Source: Candidatus Bilamarchaeaceae archaeon (GTDB taxonomy: Archaea; Micrarchaeota; Micrarchaeia; Anstonellales; Bilamarchaeaceae). Taken from it: a stretch of 64,000 nt of DNA. Both the position numbers and the translations under genes were made by a program. The stretch is taken from NCBI GenBank assembly GCA_038870635.1, contig JAVZJR010000001.1, forward strand, positions 212,839 to 276,838. The letters are read 5' to 3'. Shown piece by piece: positions 37,176-46,317 of the stretch (positions are counted from its first letter, which is position 1; each line of letters opens with the position of its first letter). The notes under the pieces are model-generated. The model saw only the letters and a program-made list of their open reading frames with translations, was not told where the DNA came from and did not search any database.

Positions 37176-37706
37176 ATGAATAAACTGATTATATTTTTAT
37201 CTCTATTTTCTTTATTTCTTATTTTTGGTTGTTATGGTCTTCAAAAACCTTCTGAATGCCAAGTAATACAACAACCGGCTGAACAGATGGCATGTTACAA
37301 AAGAGCAGCTATTGGATATGCCTATGCAGGTGACGAAGTTGGCGTAAGAGTTATGTGTAATGAGATATCTAACATAGGCCAAGCTTACGCATATCAAGGA
37401 TATAACGATGTAGAAAAAACTGCACGCGTCGAAGCAAACCAATGTTATTATGAAAGTGCAAAAATAATAGCAACAACAGAAGCTAAAGGAAGCGCTATTC
37501 AGATGTGCGAAGAGATAACCGAAAGCCAGTCAGCATTTGGTCTTTCATATGCTGGTGCGACTAAAGAAAAATGTAAAAGAGAAGTAAATAAAATAATCCG
37601 ATTTGCGCCTGATAAATATTATAGTACACCTGGCAACATTTGTGCTTTAAGTGGATCATTTATTGTACTATTAGCGGGAATATTCTTCAGAAACAGCATC
37701 CATTAG
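37176..37706 (+). CDS. Hypothetical Cys-rich lipoprotein-type protein
   Basis: FLIFGC lipobox-like signal; repeated CY...A...C..I helical pattern; hydrophobic C-terminus. Confidence 0.65.
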   Translation: MNKLIIFLSLFSLFLIFGCYGLQKPSECQVIQQPAEQMACYKRAAIGYAYAGDEVGVRVMCNEISNIGQAYAYQGYNDVEKTARVEANQCYYESAKIIATTEAKGSAIQMCEEITESQSAFGLSYAGATKEKCKREVNKIIRFAPDKYYSTPGNICALSGSFIVLLAGIFFRNSIH

Positions 37707-38000
37707 TTCGAGGGCTTTTTTGACACTCATACCCTCTCTAACTCCTACATTCTCTGCCCAACTAGTTACAGCTCGTATCTTTGCTTTTTTTAAATCTTCT
37801 ATTTTTTTAACACCAGCAACAAAAGCCGCAATATCACCTACACGTTCTGCTGTTTCTTTGTCTATATAACTACAGGCTATGTAGCCACCTTTAGCCTTAA
37901 CTACAATAAGTGGCATATTACCTATCTTTTGCTCTATAGCCTCGTAATTCTTCCCATCAAAAACAATTTGTTTTTTTATTTCAGAACGAGCCGGCACCAT
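37671..38000 (-). CDS. YunC/DUF1805 family protein
   Basis: PLIVVKAKGGYIACSYID, AAFVAGV, GVREGMSVKKAL. Confidence 0.85.
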   Translation of the reverse strand: MVPARSEIKKQIVFDGKNYEAIEQKIGNMPLIVVKAKGGYIACSYIDKETAERVGDIAAFVAGVKKIEDLKKAKIRAVTSWAENVGVREGMSVKKALELMDAVSEEYSR

Positions 38001-38238
38001 ATAATCCCCTCTTTCTTTGAGCTTGTTGTTTCTTTTTCTCAAAGATACCGCGGTGTTTTCCACAACTAACGCAGTAAGAGACTTCTATGGTGTCCATATA
38101 AGTAACATTTTCTTCTCCTTTTAAATCAGTAGAATAAGTTCTTCTTTTGATATCAGTAACTGCTTTATCACGAGGAATTTGACGGCCACAACCCGCACAA
38201 CGGACAAGTCTTTCTCTACCCCTTCTCCTCTTTCCCAT
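37981..38238 (-). CDS. rps26e: 30S ribosomal protein eS26
   Basis: RGRE..VRCAGCGRQIPRDKA ... YCVSC..H zinc finger. Confidence 0.88.
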   Translation of the reverse strand: MGKRRRGRERLVRCAGCGRQIPRDKAVTDIKRRTYSTDLKGEENVTYMDTIEVSYCVSCGKHRGIFEKKKQQAQRKRGLYGAGSF

Positions 38239-38242
38239 AAAA

Positions 38243-38956
38243 TCACTCTACCTCACTTAATTTTCCGATTAATACGCCGTGCATATTGAATAGTAATGCA
38301 TCGTTCAGTTTAAATAGATTGTTGTTTAGAATCGGTCCTAAGTGCTCTCCTTTTTTAATTGCAGAACCCACAAGAGGATTAAAAGCAGGCATTAGTATTA
38401 GTTTTGATTTTTTATTGAAATTATTATAATATTTTGAAATCTCAGCTGGATTAGCTATCGCCACCACCCAGCAAGGTTCAGAATGTACTTTACCAGATTT
38501 ATCAGTGAATCTTATCTGTGGGTGCTGATGTGCTGAAACAATCCATTTAGCAGACATAACTTCCTCGTTTGGCCAAGAGTGACCGTGGATTACGCCAACT
38601 TGACCATAAAGAAAACCTGAGGCATCAACCACTATCGCTTTTGTTTTTTCTATTCCGCCGTCATGATTTCCTTTAACAATTATAACTTCAACGTTATCAC
38701 AAAGGCTGTTTATCAGTTTCATTGTAATTTCATCTAGTATAGTTATTTCATCTTTAACGTCACCAGCGATTATTAGTTTTTTTGCTTTTGTGTTATAAAT
38801 AAGATTTTCTATTTTTTGTTTTAGTCGTTCGCTTAAAGTATTTTCATATATCCCTTTCTCCATCAGTCTTTTTTCAATACCAAAATGAACATCTCCTATT
38901 ATCAATGCTTTTTTGTAAAAAATCGCAGGTTCATTGTATAAAAAGCGTAAAACCAT
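38243..38956 (-). CDS. Metallophosphoesterase (ICC-like)
   Basis: GDVHFG, AGDVK, KGNHDG, HGH, AHQHP, MPAFNP; track extension to 39256 is a shadow of the divergent gene. Confidence 0.9.
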   Translation of the reverse strand: MVLRFLYNEPAIFYKKALIIGDVHFGIEKRLMEKGIYENTLSERLKQKIENLIYNTKAKKLIIAGDVKDEITILDEITMKLINSLCDNVEVIIVKGNHDGGIEKTKAIVVDASGFLYGQVGVIHGHSWPNEEVMSAKWIVSAHQHPQIRFTDKSGKVHSEPCWVVAIANPAEISKYYNNFNKKSKLILMPAFNPLVGSAIKKGEHLGPILNNNLFKLNDALLFNMHGVLIGKLSEVE

Positions 38957-39041
38957 AACAACCATTAAAAGAACGCGATAAGCAATCTTTAAATACCTTA
39001 CGCAATATTTCTCAAAAACACAACTAAATTTTTGTGAGATT

Positions 39042-39566
39042 ATGGAAAACGCTAACCCAGAAGAACTAAAAGCAAAGATCGCAGAACTTGAGAAAAAAAA
39101 GGAAGGACTAATCGCACAGATAACGAAGATAAATAAAAAGGTTAGATACAAGGAATACGAAAAGAAAGCGCTTGAACCATTTTTAGAACAAACAAAAAAC
39201 ATAAACACTGAACCAATAAAAAGAAAAAAAAGGATGCTAGAATTTAAAATAGCCACTCAAGCATACACCCCAAAAATAGAAAGGGAGCTAATAAAGGAAG
39301 TTAAGAAAATAGATAAAGAATTTGAAAAAATAAAAGAAATAGACAGGGCAAGAAGAAAAATCAAATATATAGAAAAAGACATCGAAGACGCAAAAAAGGA
39401 AATAGAAACAATAGAAAAAGATCTCAAAAAAATAAGAGAGGAACTCAAAGGTTTATATGAAAAAATGAAGGTGTTCAAAGCTGCAGAGAAAAAGAAGGCA
39501 GCCGCAGCAGCAAAAAAAGAAGAAGAACTAGTCAGCCTTGGCGATATGGCCCTTTTTGAAGAGTAA
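39042..39566 (+). CDS. Archaeal coiled-coil protein
   Basis: K/E-rich heptads, LEFKIAT..YTPK.E motif. Confidence 0.7.
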   Translation: MENANPEELKAKIAELEKKKEGLIAQITKINKKVRYKEYEKKALEPFLEQTKNINTEPIKRKKRMLEFKIATQAYTPKIERELIKEVKKIDKEFEKIKEIDRARRKIKYIEKDIEDAKKEIETIEKDLKKIREELKGLYEKMKVFKAAEKKKAAAAAKKEEELVSLGDMALFEE

Positions 39567-39942
39567 AGCGAAAATCAGTTAGAATTTCTTCGTGATCAAA
39601 AGCTAAATTCTCAGGTAAAGTTGAAAGATCGAACCATCGCACTTCGTCAGCATCGCTACCTGCTTTTAACTCCCCACTTATCCTTTGGACTAGGTAAACC
39701 AATGAAATTATGCCGCGCGGGTCTCTTTCTGGTTTTGAATAAACACCAAAAAGCCTTATTGGTGCCACATCTACCCCAATTTCTTCGCGTAACTCTCTTT
39801 TTAGGCATTCTTCTACCGTCTCGTTATCCTCTATTCTTCCACCAGGGATGGCCCATTTACCTTTTTCTGGCATATGGCGACGTCTTACAAGCAAAACTTT
39901 ACCATTCTCAATTAACAAACCATCGCAGGCAACTGTACGCAT
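39532..39942 (-). CDS. NUDIX hydrolase (ADP-ribose pyrophosphatase-like)
   Basis: Nudix box GGRIEDNETVEECLKRELREEIG, RDPR, LAFDH. Confidence 0.93.
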   Translation of the reverse strand: MRTVACDGLLIENGKVLLVRRRHMPEKGKWAIPGGRIEDNETVEECLKRELREEIGVDVAPIRLFGVYSKPERDPRGIISLVYLVQRISGELKAGSDADEVRWFDLSTLPENLAFDHEEILTDFRFTLQKGPYRQG

Positions 39943-39989
39943 GTTCTGTTATTGAAAATGAATTTAAAATACCTTTGCGTAAAAACTGC

Positions 39990-40718
39990 ATGAAGATAAA
40001 GATAATCATCAATCCGTTAAAAAGTTGGGCCGCAAAATTAGCAAAAGAAGTGGAAGCACTACTAACAAAAAATGGTTATCCCATAGTTAAGAAAAATGCA
40101 GATACAACGATATGTATAGGTGGAGATGGAACAATACTTTATGCAAACTACTCTGGAAATCTTGAAGGAAATATTCTAGGTATAGGAAGCGAACGAAGTT
40201 ATATATGCCAATTGCATATAAAAAATTGGAAAGACAAACTTCTTAGTATTTTAAAAACCAAAACAGACGACATTTTTGTTCTACAATATGAGATTAAAAA
40301 TGGGATAAAAACAATAAAAAAAGGCACAGCGATAAACGATGCGGTTGTGCATTCCGATAACTACAGAGTTATTCAACTTTCAGTTTCTATTAATAATAAA
40401 AAAAATGATTTCCGTGCTGATGGAGTAATAGTATCATCTGCTGTTGGAACAACAGGCTATGCCTATTCCGCAGGAGGAAAAAAACTTTCTCCAACCTCAA
40501 AAAAGATGGAAGTTGTTCCAATTGCACCATACCGCAGAATGTTTAAGCCGCAACTAATTGACCCCAAAAGTATTGTAAAAATAAGTGCTGAAAGGGACTG
40601 CGCTTTTATTGTTGATGGAATCTATGTAAAGAAATTAAAACCTGATGAAGTAGTAATTATAAAGCAAAATGGAGCGTTAAAATTCTTTAAGGGGGTTGGG
40701 TGGTATGAACAAGGATGA
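39990..40718 (+). CDS. nadK: NAD(+) kinase
   Basis: IGGDGTIL, AINDAVV, ADGVIVSSAVGTTGYAYSAGG, IVDG; real start ATG 39990. Confidence 0.9.
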   Translation: MKIKIIINPLKSWAAKLAKEVEALLTKNGYPIVKKNADTTICIGGDGTILYANYSGNLEGNILGIGSERSYICQLHIKNWKDKLLSILKTKTDDIFVLQYEIKNGIKTIKKGTAINDAVVHSDNYRVIQLSVSINNKKNDFRADGVIVSSAVGTTGYAYSAGGKKLSPTSKKMEVVPIAPYRRMFKPQLIDPKSIVKISAERDCAFIVDGIYVKKLKPDEVVIIKQNGALKFFKGVGWYEQG

Positions 40719-40998
40719 GATACTAAAGCAGGGATTTGTTATTGTAAAAGTCACTGTGGCCGGCATAAGACAAACACACAGATTGGACGTCGTAAAAGAA
40801 AAGAGTGGAAATGGATATTTTCATTATTTGAGAGGCAGGCACCCTATTCCTGAAAGCGAAATGATAAGACTCGCAGAAAAGTTGCAATTACCCATACGTT
40901 CAAAAGACACACTCGTATTTCCAAAAGGAAAGAGTAGACAAGATTTTACAGAGATAAGCATAACCCAACCAACAATAGAAGCAGAAATAGAAGATTAG
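40705..40998 (+). CDS. Hypothetical protein
   Basis: Operon-embedded ORF with GGTGG RBS. Confidence 0.6.
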   Translation: MNKDEILKQGFVIVKVTVAGIRQTHRLDVVKEKSGNGYFHYLRGRHPIPESEMIRLAEKLQLPIRSKDTLVFPKGKSRQDFTEISITQPTIEAEIED

Positions 40999-40999
40999 T

Positions 41000-41311
41000 A
41001 TGGAATTAATAGAAGTGAAGACAACTTTAGAGAACAAAAAGGATGCTGAAAGAATAGCAGCTGAAATAATAAAAAAAGGTCTTGGCGCCTGTGTACAAAT
41101 AACAAAAATAAAAAGTGTTTACAGATGGGAAGGTAAAATAAACAAAACAGAAGAATGGTTAATTTCTATAAAAACCAAAAAATCTCTTTATAAAAAATTA
41201 GAAAGATTTATTCTAGAAAACCATCCATACAAAATACCGGAGATAATCGCAATAGAAATAACAAAAAAAAGTAAAAATTATGGCGAATGGATTAAAGACA
41301 ATGTCGTCTAA
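41000..41311 (+). CDS. cutA: CutA divalent-cation tolerance protein
   Basis: LGACVQ, SVYRWEGKI, HPYKIPEI. Confidence 0.93.
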   Translation: MELIEVKTTLENKKDAERIAAEIIKKGLGACVQITKIKSVYRWEGKINKTEEWLISIKTKKSLYKKLERFILENHPYKIPEIIAIEITKKSKNYGEWIKDNVV

Positions 41312-42186
41312 ACTCTTATGTTCTTTAATATAGAGATTATTTCTACCCCTATTTTCATCTGTGCTTCTTTTGTGCTAGCGCCTAAATGCGGCGTACAGTA
41401 GACATTATCCAATTGAAGAAGTTTTCCGGTGTAAGGTTCTTGAGGAAAAACATCAAGGCAAGCAGCTGCAACTTTACCATTTTTACACGCATTATAAAGC
41501 GCATCTTCGTCAATAACATCACCACGCGCAGTGTTTATGATTACTACACCGTTCTTCATAATCTGAATTGTTTTATCATTTATCATTTTTTTTGTTTCTG
41601 GCGTAGAAGGCACATGTAAACTTATTACATCTGAGCTCTTGAGTAGTTCTTCAAATGAAACAAATTCCACATTTTCATCGCTTCTTGGTTCTGGGTTATA
41701 AGCTACTACCTTCATGCCCAAAGCTAATGCTTTTTTTGCTACAAGACTACCAATCCTACCATAACCTATAATCCCAAGCGTTTTTCCTTGTATTTCACGC
41801 CCAACCAGATTTTTTTTATCCCAGATATTGTTTTTCATCTGACAGTGTGCTTTTGCAATAAAGCGAAATGCTGAGAAGATATGACCTATTACAAGCTCAG
41901 CCACTGCATTTGAAGAGGCGCCAGGAGTATTGAAAACTTTGATGCCTTTTTCAGCACACGCACTAGCATCTATATTATCTAAACCAACACCAGCACGTAT
42001 TATTGTTTTCAGCTTATTTGCATTCGAAAGAAAATCACGTGTAACCTTTGTTTTACTTCTAACTATAAGGACATCTGCGTCTTTTAGTTCATTATTTATG
42101 TCTTTAGGACAATAACAAACCTCACCTATTTTTTTTATCTCTTCTACTACTTCATTCTCCATATCCTCTGCTATCAATATTTTCAT
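41308..42186 (-). CDS. D-isomer-specific 2-hydroxyacid dehydrogenase (D-3-phosphoglycerate dehydrogenase-like, no ACT domain)
   Basis: RAGVGLDNID, GIIGYGRIG, INTARG, LDVF..EP, TPHLGAST.EAQ. Confidence 0.9.
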   Translation of the reverse strand: MKILIAEDMENEVVEEIKKIGEVCYCPKDINNELKDADVLIVRSKTKVTRDFLSNANKLKTIIRAGVGLDNIDASACAEKGIKVFNTPGASSNAVAELVIGHIFSAFRFIAKAHCQMKNNIWDKKNLVGREIQGKTLGIIGYGRIGSLVAKKALALGMKVVAYNPEPRSDENVEFVSFEELLKSSDVISLHVPSTPETKKMINDKTIQIMKNGVVIINTARGDVIDEDALYNACKNGKVAAACLDVFPQEPYTGKLLQLDNVYCTPHLGASTKEAQMKIGVEIISILKNIRV

Positions 42187-44005
42187 AAAAAACAGCCTCC
42201 TTTTTCCAAAAACTCTCTACATATTTAGCAGGATTTGATGATATTATTGTTCGTTGCTCATTAAAAATCCATTTGTAGTTTTTCCATCTAAACCTCTCGT
42301 CAAAATAAACGACTGCAACTCTATCTGTTTCTTTTCTTCTTGCTCTCCCTGCTGCCTGAAGCGCTTTTATTGTTGCAGGGTAGAGATATGCGTACTCCCA
42401 TCCTTTTCCAAACCTTTTTTGGTAATATTTTATCAAAGCCTCTATTTCTGCATTCATTTCTTCTAATCCAACACCAACAATAATGATTGTTTTTATTTCG
42501 CTATTGCAGAAATCAACCCCTTCTGCTAATGAACCACCTTGTACGCCGCAAAGCACGCCACCCTTCTCTGAAAAACGAATTAATAATTCGCGTAATTCAT
42601 GCGGTCGCATTTTGCTTTGTTGTATGTGAAGTTTTTGAGATTCTATCAACGGCAAAATATTTTCCATTACATTATAGGATGGAAAAAATATGGCGCACCC
42701 CCCTGGTGTTACTTTAATTACTTTATTTATCTCAGATGCTATCTTTGAATAGGTTTCCTTATTCCTTTCAGTATATCTTGTTGTCGCGCCAGTAGCAATT
42801 ATATTCAAAATATTTGATTGCGGAAAAGGAGAAGGATAAGATTTTGCCATTATTCTGGTTTGGTCAAGACCTAAAACATCTCTATGCATCTCAAAAGGTA
42901 GGAGTGTGCCACTCATAAGTACAGAAGAATAGGTTTTATTCAGTGATGAAGTAAGTATAGATGGGTCAAGTATCTTTTTGGATATCTTAAATCCATTATC
43001 TGTTCTACTTACTATTCTAACTGATTCAGTATTATCATCCCATTCAGAAAGAAAAAGTGCTAGTTTAAGAGCAGCGCTCTTTCTTGTTTTATGATTTATG
43101 TAAGCTGTACCTGCTTCTTCAAGATTTATGATAAGCTCTTCAGAAAAGGAATGTAAAAGATAGACTAATTCTTCTTTTTCTATTACCACTTCGTCTTTCT
43201 TGCCTAATACATCATCTGCCCAAATTTGAAATTTCTCGGTTAAATCTTCACTTTCAAAACCAAAAAATCTAAGCTCTTTTTCTGCTTTTCTTATCATATT
43301 TGAAGTAACAGTAAATGAGAGGTAGCTTCTGGCTCTCTTGGCAAGATTATGTGCTTCATCAACTATAACGATACTATCCTCTATTCTCTTTTCCGTCCTT
43401 GCAAACAAACCTTCTCTTATTCGAGGAGCAAGAAAATGATAGTAATCACATATTATAACATTTGAAAACGGAGCTATACGCAATAAAAGTTCATAAGGGC
43501 AAAAACCATACGAAGAAGCAAAACCGATAGCATCAATAAAAGACTTGCCAGCGCCATATTCCTTAAGAATCTTTTCTAAGTGTTTTTCAGATAGAAAATC
43601 CAACTCTCTTACTCTATTGTAAAAATCACAAGTTTTTCTTTTTCTTTTATTGTCACAAAAATATTGAAAACTTTCGTTGTCGTATTCTTTAGTATCCAGA
43701 AGACACATATGCCTTCTTCCAACAAGATCGATAGCACGTATATTTAAGTTATACTTTTTTGCTATGCCTGAAACAACATCAAGCGCAATTTTATGTTGTG
43801 ATATTTTTGGGGTTAAAAAAAATATTGAAAGATTGGTATCAATGGCGTAAGTTATAGCTGCTGAAAGTGCCGCATCTGTTTTGCCGCTTCCTGTAGGTGC
43901 ATTTGCGAGAAATATTCCTCCTCTTGCTATCGCTGAATAGATGTCTTCAACTAACTCTTTTTGATGCTTTCTTAATTTTTCATGCCTAAAAAGAAAATCT
44001 ACCAC
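42152..44005 (-). CDS. xpd: XPD/Rad3-family Fe-S DNA helicase
   Basis: APTGSGKT, four Fe-S Cys ending in CPY, IVDEAHN, SGTL, AEGVDF, QAAGR. Confidence 0.9.
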   Translation of the reverse strand: MVDFLFRHEKLRKHQKELVEDIYSAIARGGIFLANAPTGSGKTDAALSAAITYAIDTNLSIFFLTPKISQHKIALDVVSGIAKKYNLNIRAIDLVGRRHMCLLDTKEYDNESFQYFCDNKRKRKTCDFYNRVRELDFLSEKHLEKILKEYGAGKSFIDAIGFASSYGFCPYELLLRIAPFSNVIICDYYHFLAPRIREGLFARTEKRIEDSIVIVDEAHNLAKRARSYLSFTVTSNMIRKAEKELRFFGFESEDLTEKFQIWADDVLGKKDEVVIEKEELVYLLHSFSEELIINLEEAGTAYINHKTRKSAALKLALFLSEWDDNTESVRIVSRTDNGFKISKKILDPSILTSSLNKTYSSVLMSGTLLPFEMHRDVLGLDQTRIMAKSYPSPFPQSNILNIIATGATTRYTERNKETYSKIASEINKVIKVTPGGCAIFFPSYNVMENILPLIESQKLHIQQSKMRPHELRELLIRFSEKGGVLCGVQGGSLAEGVDFCNSEIKTIIIVGVGLEEMNAEIEALIKYYQKRFGKGWEYAYLYPATIKALQAAGRARRKETDRVAVVYFDERFRWKNYKWIFNEQRTIISSNPAKYVESFWKKEAVFYENIDSRGYGE

Positions 44006-44029
44006 ATTGGTTTTTTCTCACTAAAAATA

Positions 44030-45670
44030 TTAAATCCTCCCTTCCAACACTCTAGTAAAAGATGCTATATAATTATCAGGAATCTTCAACCTACGCATTG
44101 CCTTTTGCACAATAATTACCTCTTCTTTTCCAAAAGAGCGGGATAGTATTAGCAAAACAAAATATATTACCGATGATAAAAGAAATAAAAGACCAAAAAA
44201 TATAAGTTTCACAAATTTAGTTAGAATTTCTGTATCTAAAAAACCTAAGTGAGCCATTACAATAGAGAGTGGAAGAGAGGAGATATATTCGATTATGTTC
44301 TGCCGTGTGATATACAAAATAAGAAAAGCAACCAAACCTGCAAAAATAGGGGGTAGTAATTCCAATGGGAAAGAAAAGGCAAAAAGTCTCTTTGAATAAT
44401 AAAATGCCAAGATAGTCATGAGCAAAAATGAGAAAAATGTTGCTATGGCAGCACCATCCATTTCCCACAATGGGATAAAGAGAAAGTTAAGGATTATATT
44501 AAGTATAGCACAGCCCACTGCAATCTTAAGTTCTATATCCAGCCTTCGCATAGCAGCTATTACTTTCATTGGAAGAAGAGATAGTGAAAATATAGCGAAA
44601 GATAACAGATAGACAATAAGAACATTATCGCCGCTTACATAACTTTCTCCATAAAAAACTCTCAAAAAGAATGATGAAAAAGATAAAAGCAAAATAAGAA
44701 AAGGCATTCCTATAATGATCGACCACTTTATAGCAACTGTGGTAATTTTTCTTATTTCGTCTAATTTTTCTTTACCAAAAAGCTCAGAAACCATAGGCAA
44801 AAATATAGTAATTATGGCTGAAAAAGGCAGAAGAACAAGGCCTGCAAATGTTGTAACAACAGAATATATACCAACTTTCTCTAAAGCATTTTCTTTTATA
44901 AGAACACCGAGCATAAATCGGTCTGTTGAAGATGCGATAACGTAGAGAGCCGCTGTAAGCGATAGAATAAGGCCAAATGAGAAAACTTCAAAAATAAAAG
45001 AGCGGCCTGTAACTGATTTATCTTCTTCATATTTTCCAAAATTCCTAATATCTTTAAGCGTAAAATAGGCATAGCCAATTATTAAAGGTATAAAAGAAAT
45101 AAGGTAAGCAAGGCTTAGAGAAACTGCATTAAAAGCTATAATAAACCCAAAAATAATTGTGAATATGATTTTTATTATACCTTGGAAACTGTTAACTAAT
45201 TGATAATCTCTTATGATCTTTCTTCCAACTAAAAAACCACCTAATAAAGCTGAAAGTTCGCTAACAAATGGAAAAAAGGCGAGAACCTGTAATGCTGGCG
45301 TAAGTTCTGGCTTTCCTAATAAAGAAGAAATATAAGGTGCTAAAAATAAGAGAATAAAAGAAGCTGCAATCGAGATAAAAAATCCAAGAATAAAAAGTAC
45401 TTTCAAGAGATAAACTACCCTGGCTTTTTGTCCTTTACTATAAAGGTATGGGACATACGTGGGTAATGATTGAGAAAAACCAAGATCGGTAAAGATTACA
45501 ATAAAACCTACTATAGACAAAACAAAATAAAAGATGCCAATTTCTTCTGTGCTAAATAACCTGGCCACAACTATTAAATAAATAAAACTAAAAAACTTTA
45601 AGAGCACTTGAGCTGCGAAAGTCCATACCGTACCTTTTGCCAAAGTTGACGAGTCTATCGTAGGTTCCAT
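44030..45670 (-). CDS. Oligosaccharide flippase (Wzx/MOP family)
   Basis: Multi-TM; ARLFS..E.G, DLGF, TDRFML, LNFLFIP...GAAIAT. Confidence 0.9.
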   Translation of the reverse strand: MEPTIDSSTLAKGTVWTFAAQVLLKFFSFIYLIVVARLFSTEEIGIFYFVLSIVGFIVIFTDLGFSQSLPTYVPYLYSKGQKARVVYLLKVLFILGFFISIAASFILLFLAPYISSLLGKPELTPALQVLAFFPFVSELSALLGGFLVGRKIIRDYQLVNSFQGIIKIIFTIIFGFIIAFNAVSLSLAYLISFIPLIIGYAYFTLKDIRNFGKYEEDKSVTGRSFIFEVFSFGLILSLTAALYVIASSTDRFMLGVLIKENALEKVGIYSVVTTFAGLVLLPFSAIITIFLPMVSELFGKEKLDEIRKITTVAIKWSIIIGMPFLILLLSFSSFFLRVFYGESYVSGDNVLIVYLLSFAIFSLSLLPMKVIAAMRRLDIELKIAVGCAILNIILNFLFIPLWEMDGAAIATFFSFLLMTILAFYYSKRLFAFSFPLELLPPIFAGLVAFLILYITRQNIIEYISSLPLSIVMAHLGFLDTEILTKFVKLIFFGLLFLLSSVIYFVLLILSRSFGKEEVIIVQKAMRRLKIPDNYIASFTRVLEGRI

Positions 45671-45719
45671 TCATGCACCAGCAAATAGTACAGTAAAATA
45701 TAATAAAAATATATTGAAA

Positions 45720-46271
45720 TTATTGTGGTATTAATTCTATTTTATCAAAATAAGCACTATAAACACTGCTATAAACATTCGGAGCGCGCACCACTACTTG
45801 AATATATGATGTATTGTTATGAATAGAAATATTGGTTAGTAAAAATTTCGACCAGTTAGATTGAGGGGTAAAAAATGTATAATAATAAGACAAAACTGAC
45901 CTATTAGAGTCCAGGAAGTAAACATACATTGCATAACTGCCATTGTTGCCGTAATTATTTTTTGCGTAAAGAGATAAATCTACAGTAGAATAATTCCCTT
46001 TTGAAAAATAAACTATTTGCTCAAAACCTTTGTTAAGTTGAAATATTGGCTTACTAACAAAAAGCGAGTAATTACCATCATAAGATTGATTGTTTACTCT
46101 TTCTACATAATTTGTTTTACCCCAGATACTGGTGTTTATTGTTGTATCAAAAGGTGAAGAAACTGTTAAAAATGAATTTGTTTCAAAACTTGGATTAGAC
46201 AATAAATTGATAGAAAACAAAATATTGAACAAAAGTAAATTTGTCAGCAAAAGAAAAAATATTTTTTTCAT
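45720..46271 (-). CDS. Secreted protein with carbohydrate-binding-module-like beta-sandwich
   Basis: Signal peptide; NLLSNPSFE, DGNYSL, W.KF, YFDKIEL pattern typical of CBM4/9-like folds. Confidence 0.6.
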   Translation of the reverse strand: MKKIFFLLLTNLLLFNILFSINLLSNPSFETNSFLTVSSPFDTTINTSIWGKTNYVERVNNQSYDGNYSLFVSKPIFQLNKGFEQIVYFSKGNYSTVDLSLYAKNNYGNNGSYAMYVYFLDSNRSVLSYYYTFFTPQSNWSKFLLTNISIHNNTSYIQVVVRAPNVYSSVYSAYFDKIELIPQ

Positions 46272-46317
46272 AAATAACACCTCTGTATACTCTTTTCTCC
46301 GTATACTATTTTAAAAG

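Noticed and set aside
38957..39989. N-terminal extensions of the phosphoesterase (to 39256) and NAD kinase (from 39621)
   Set aside because: They overlap real opposite-strand genes; family motifs begin at 38956 and 39990
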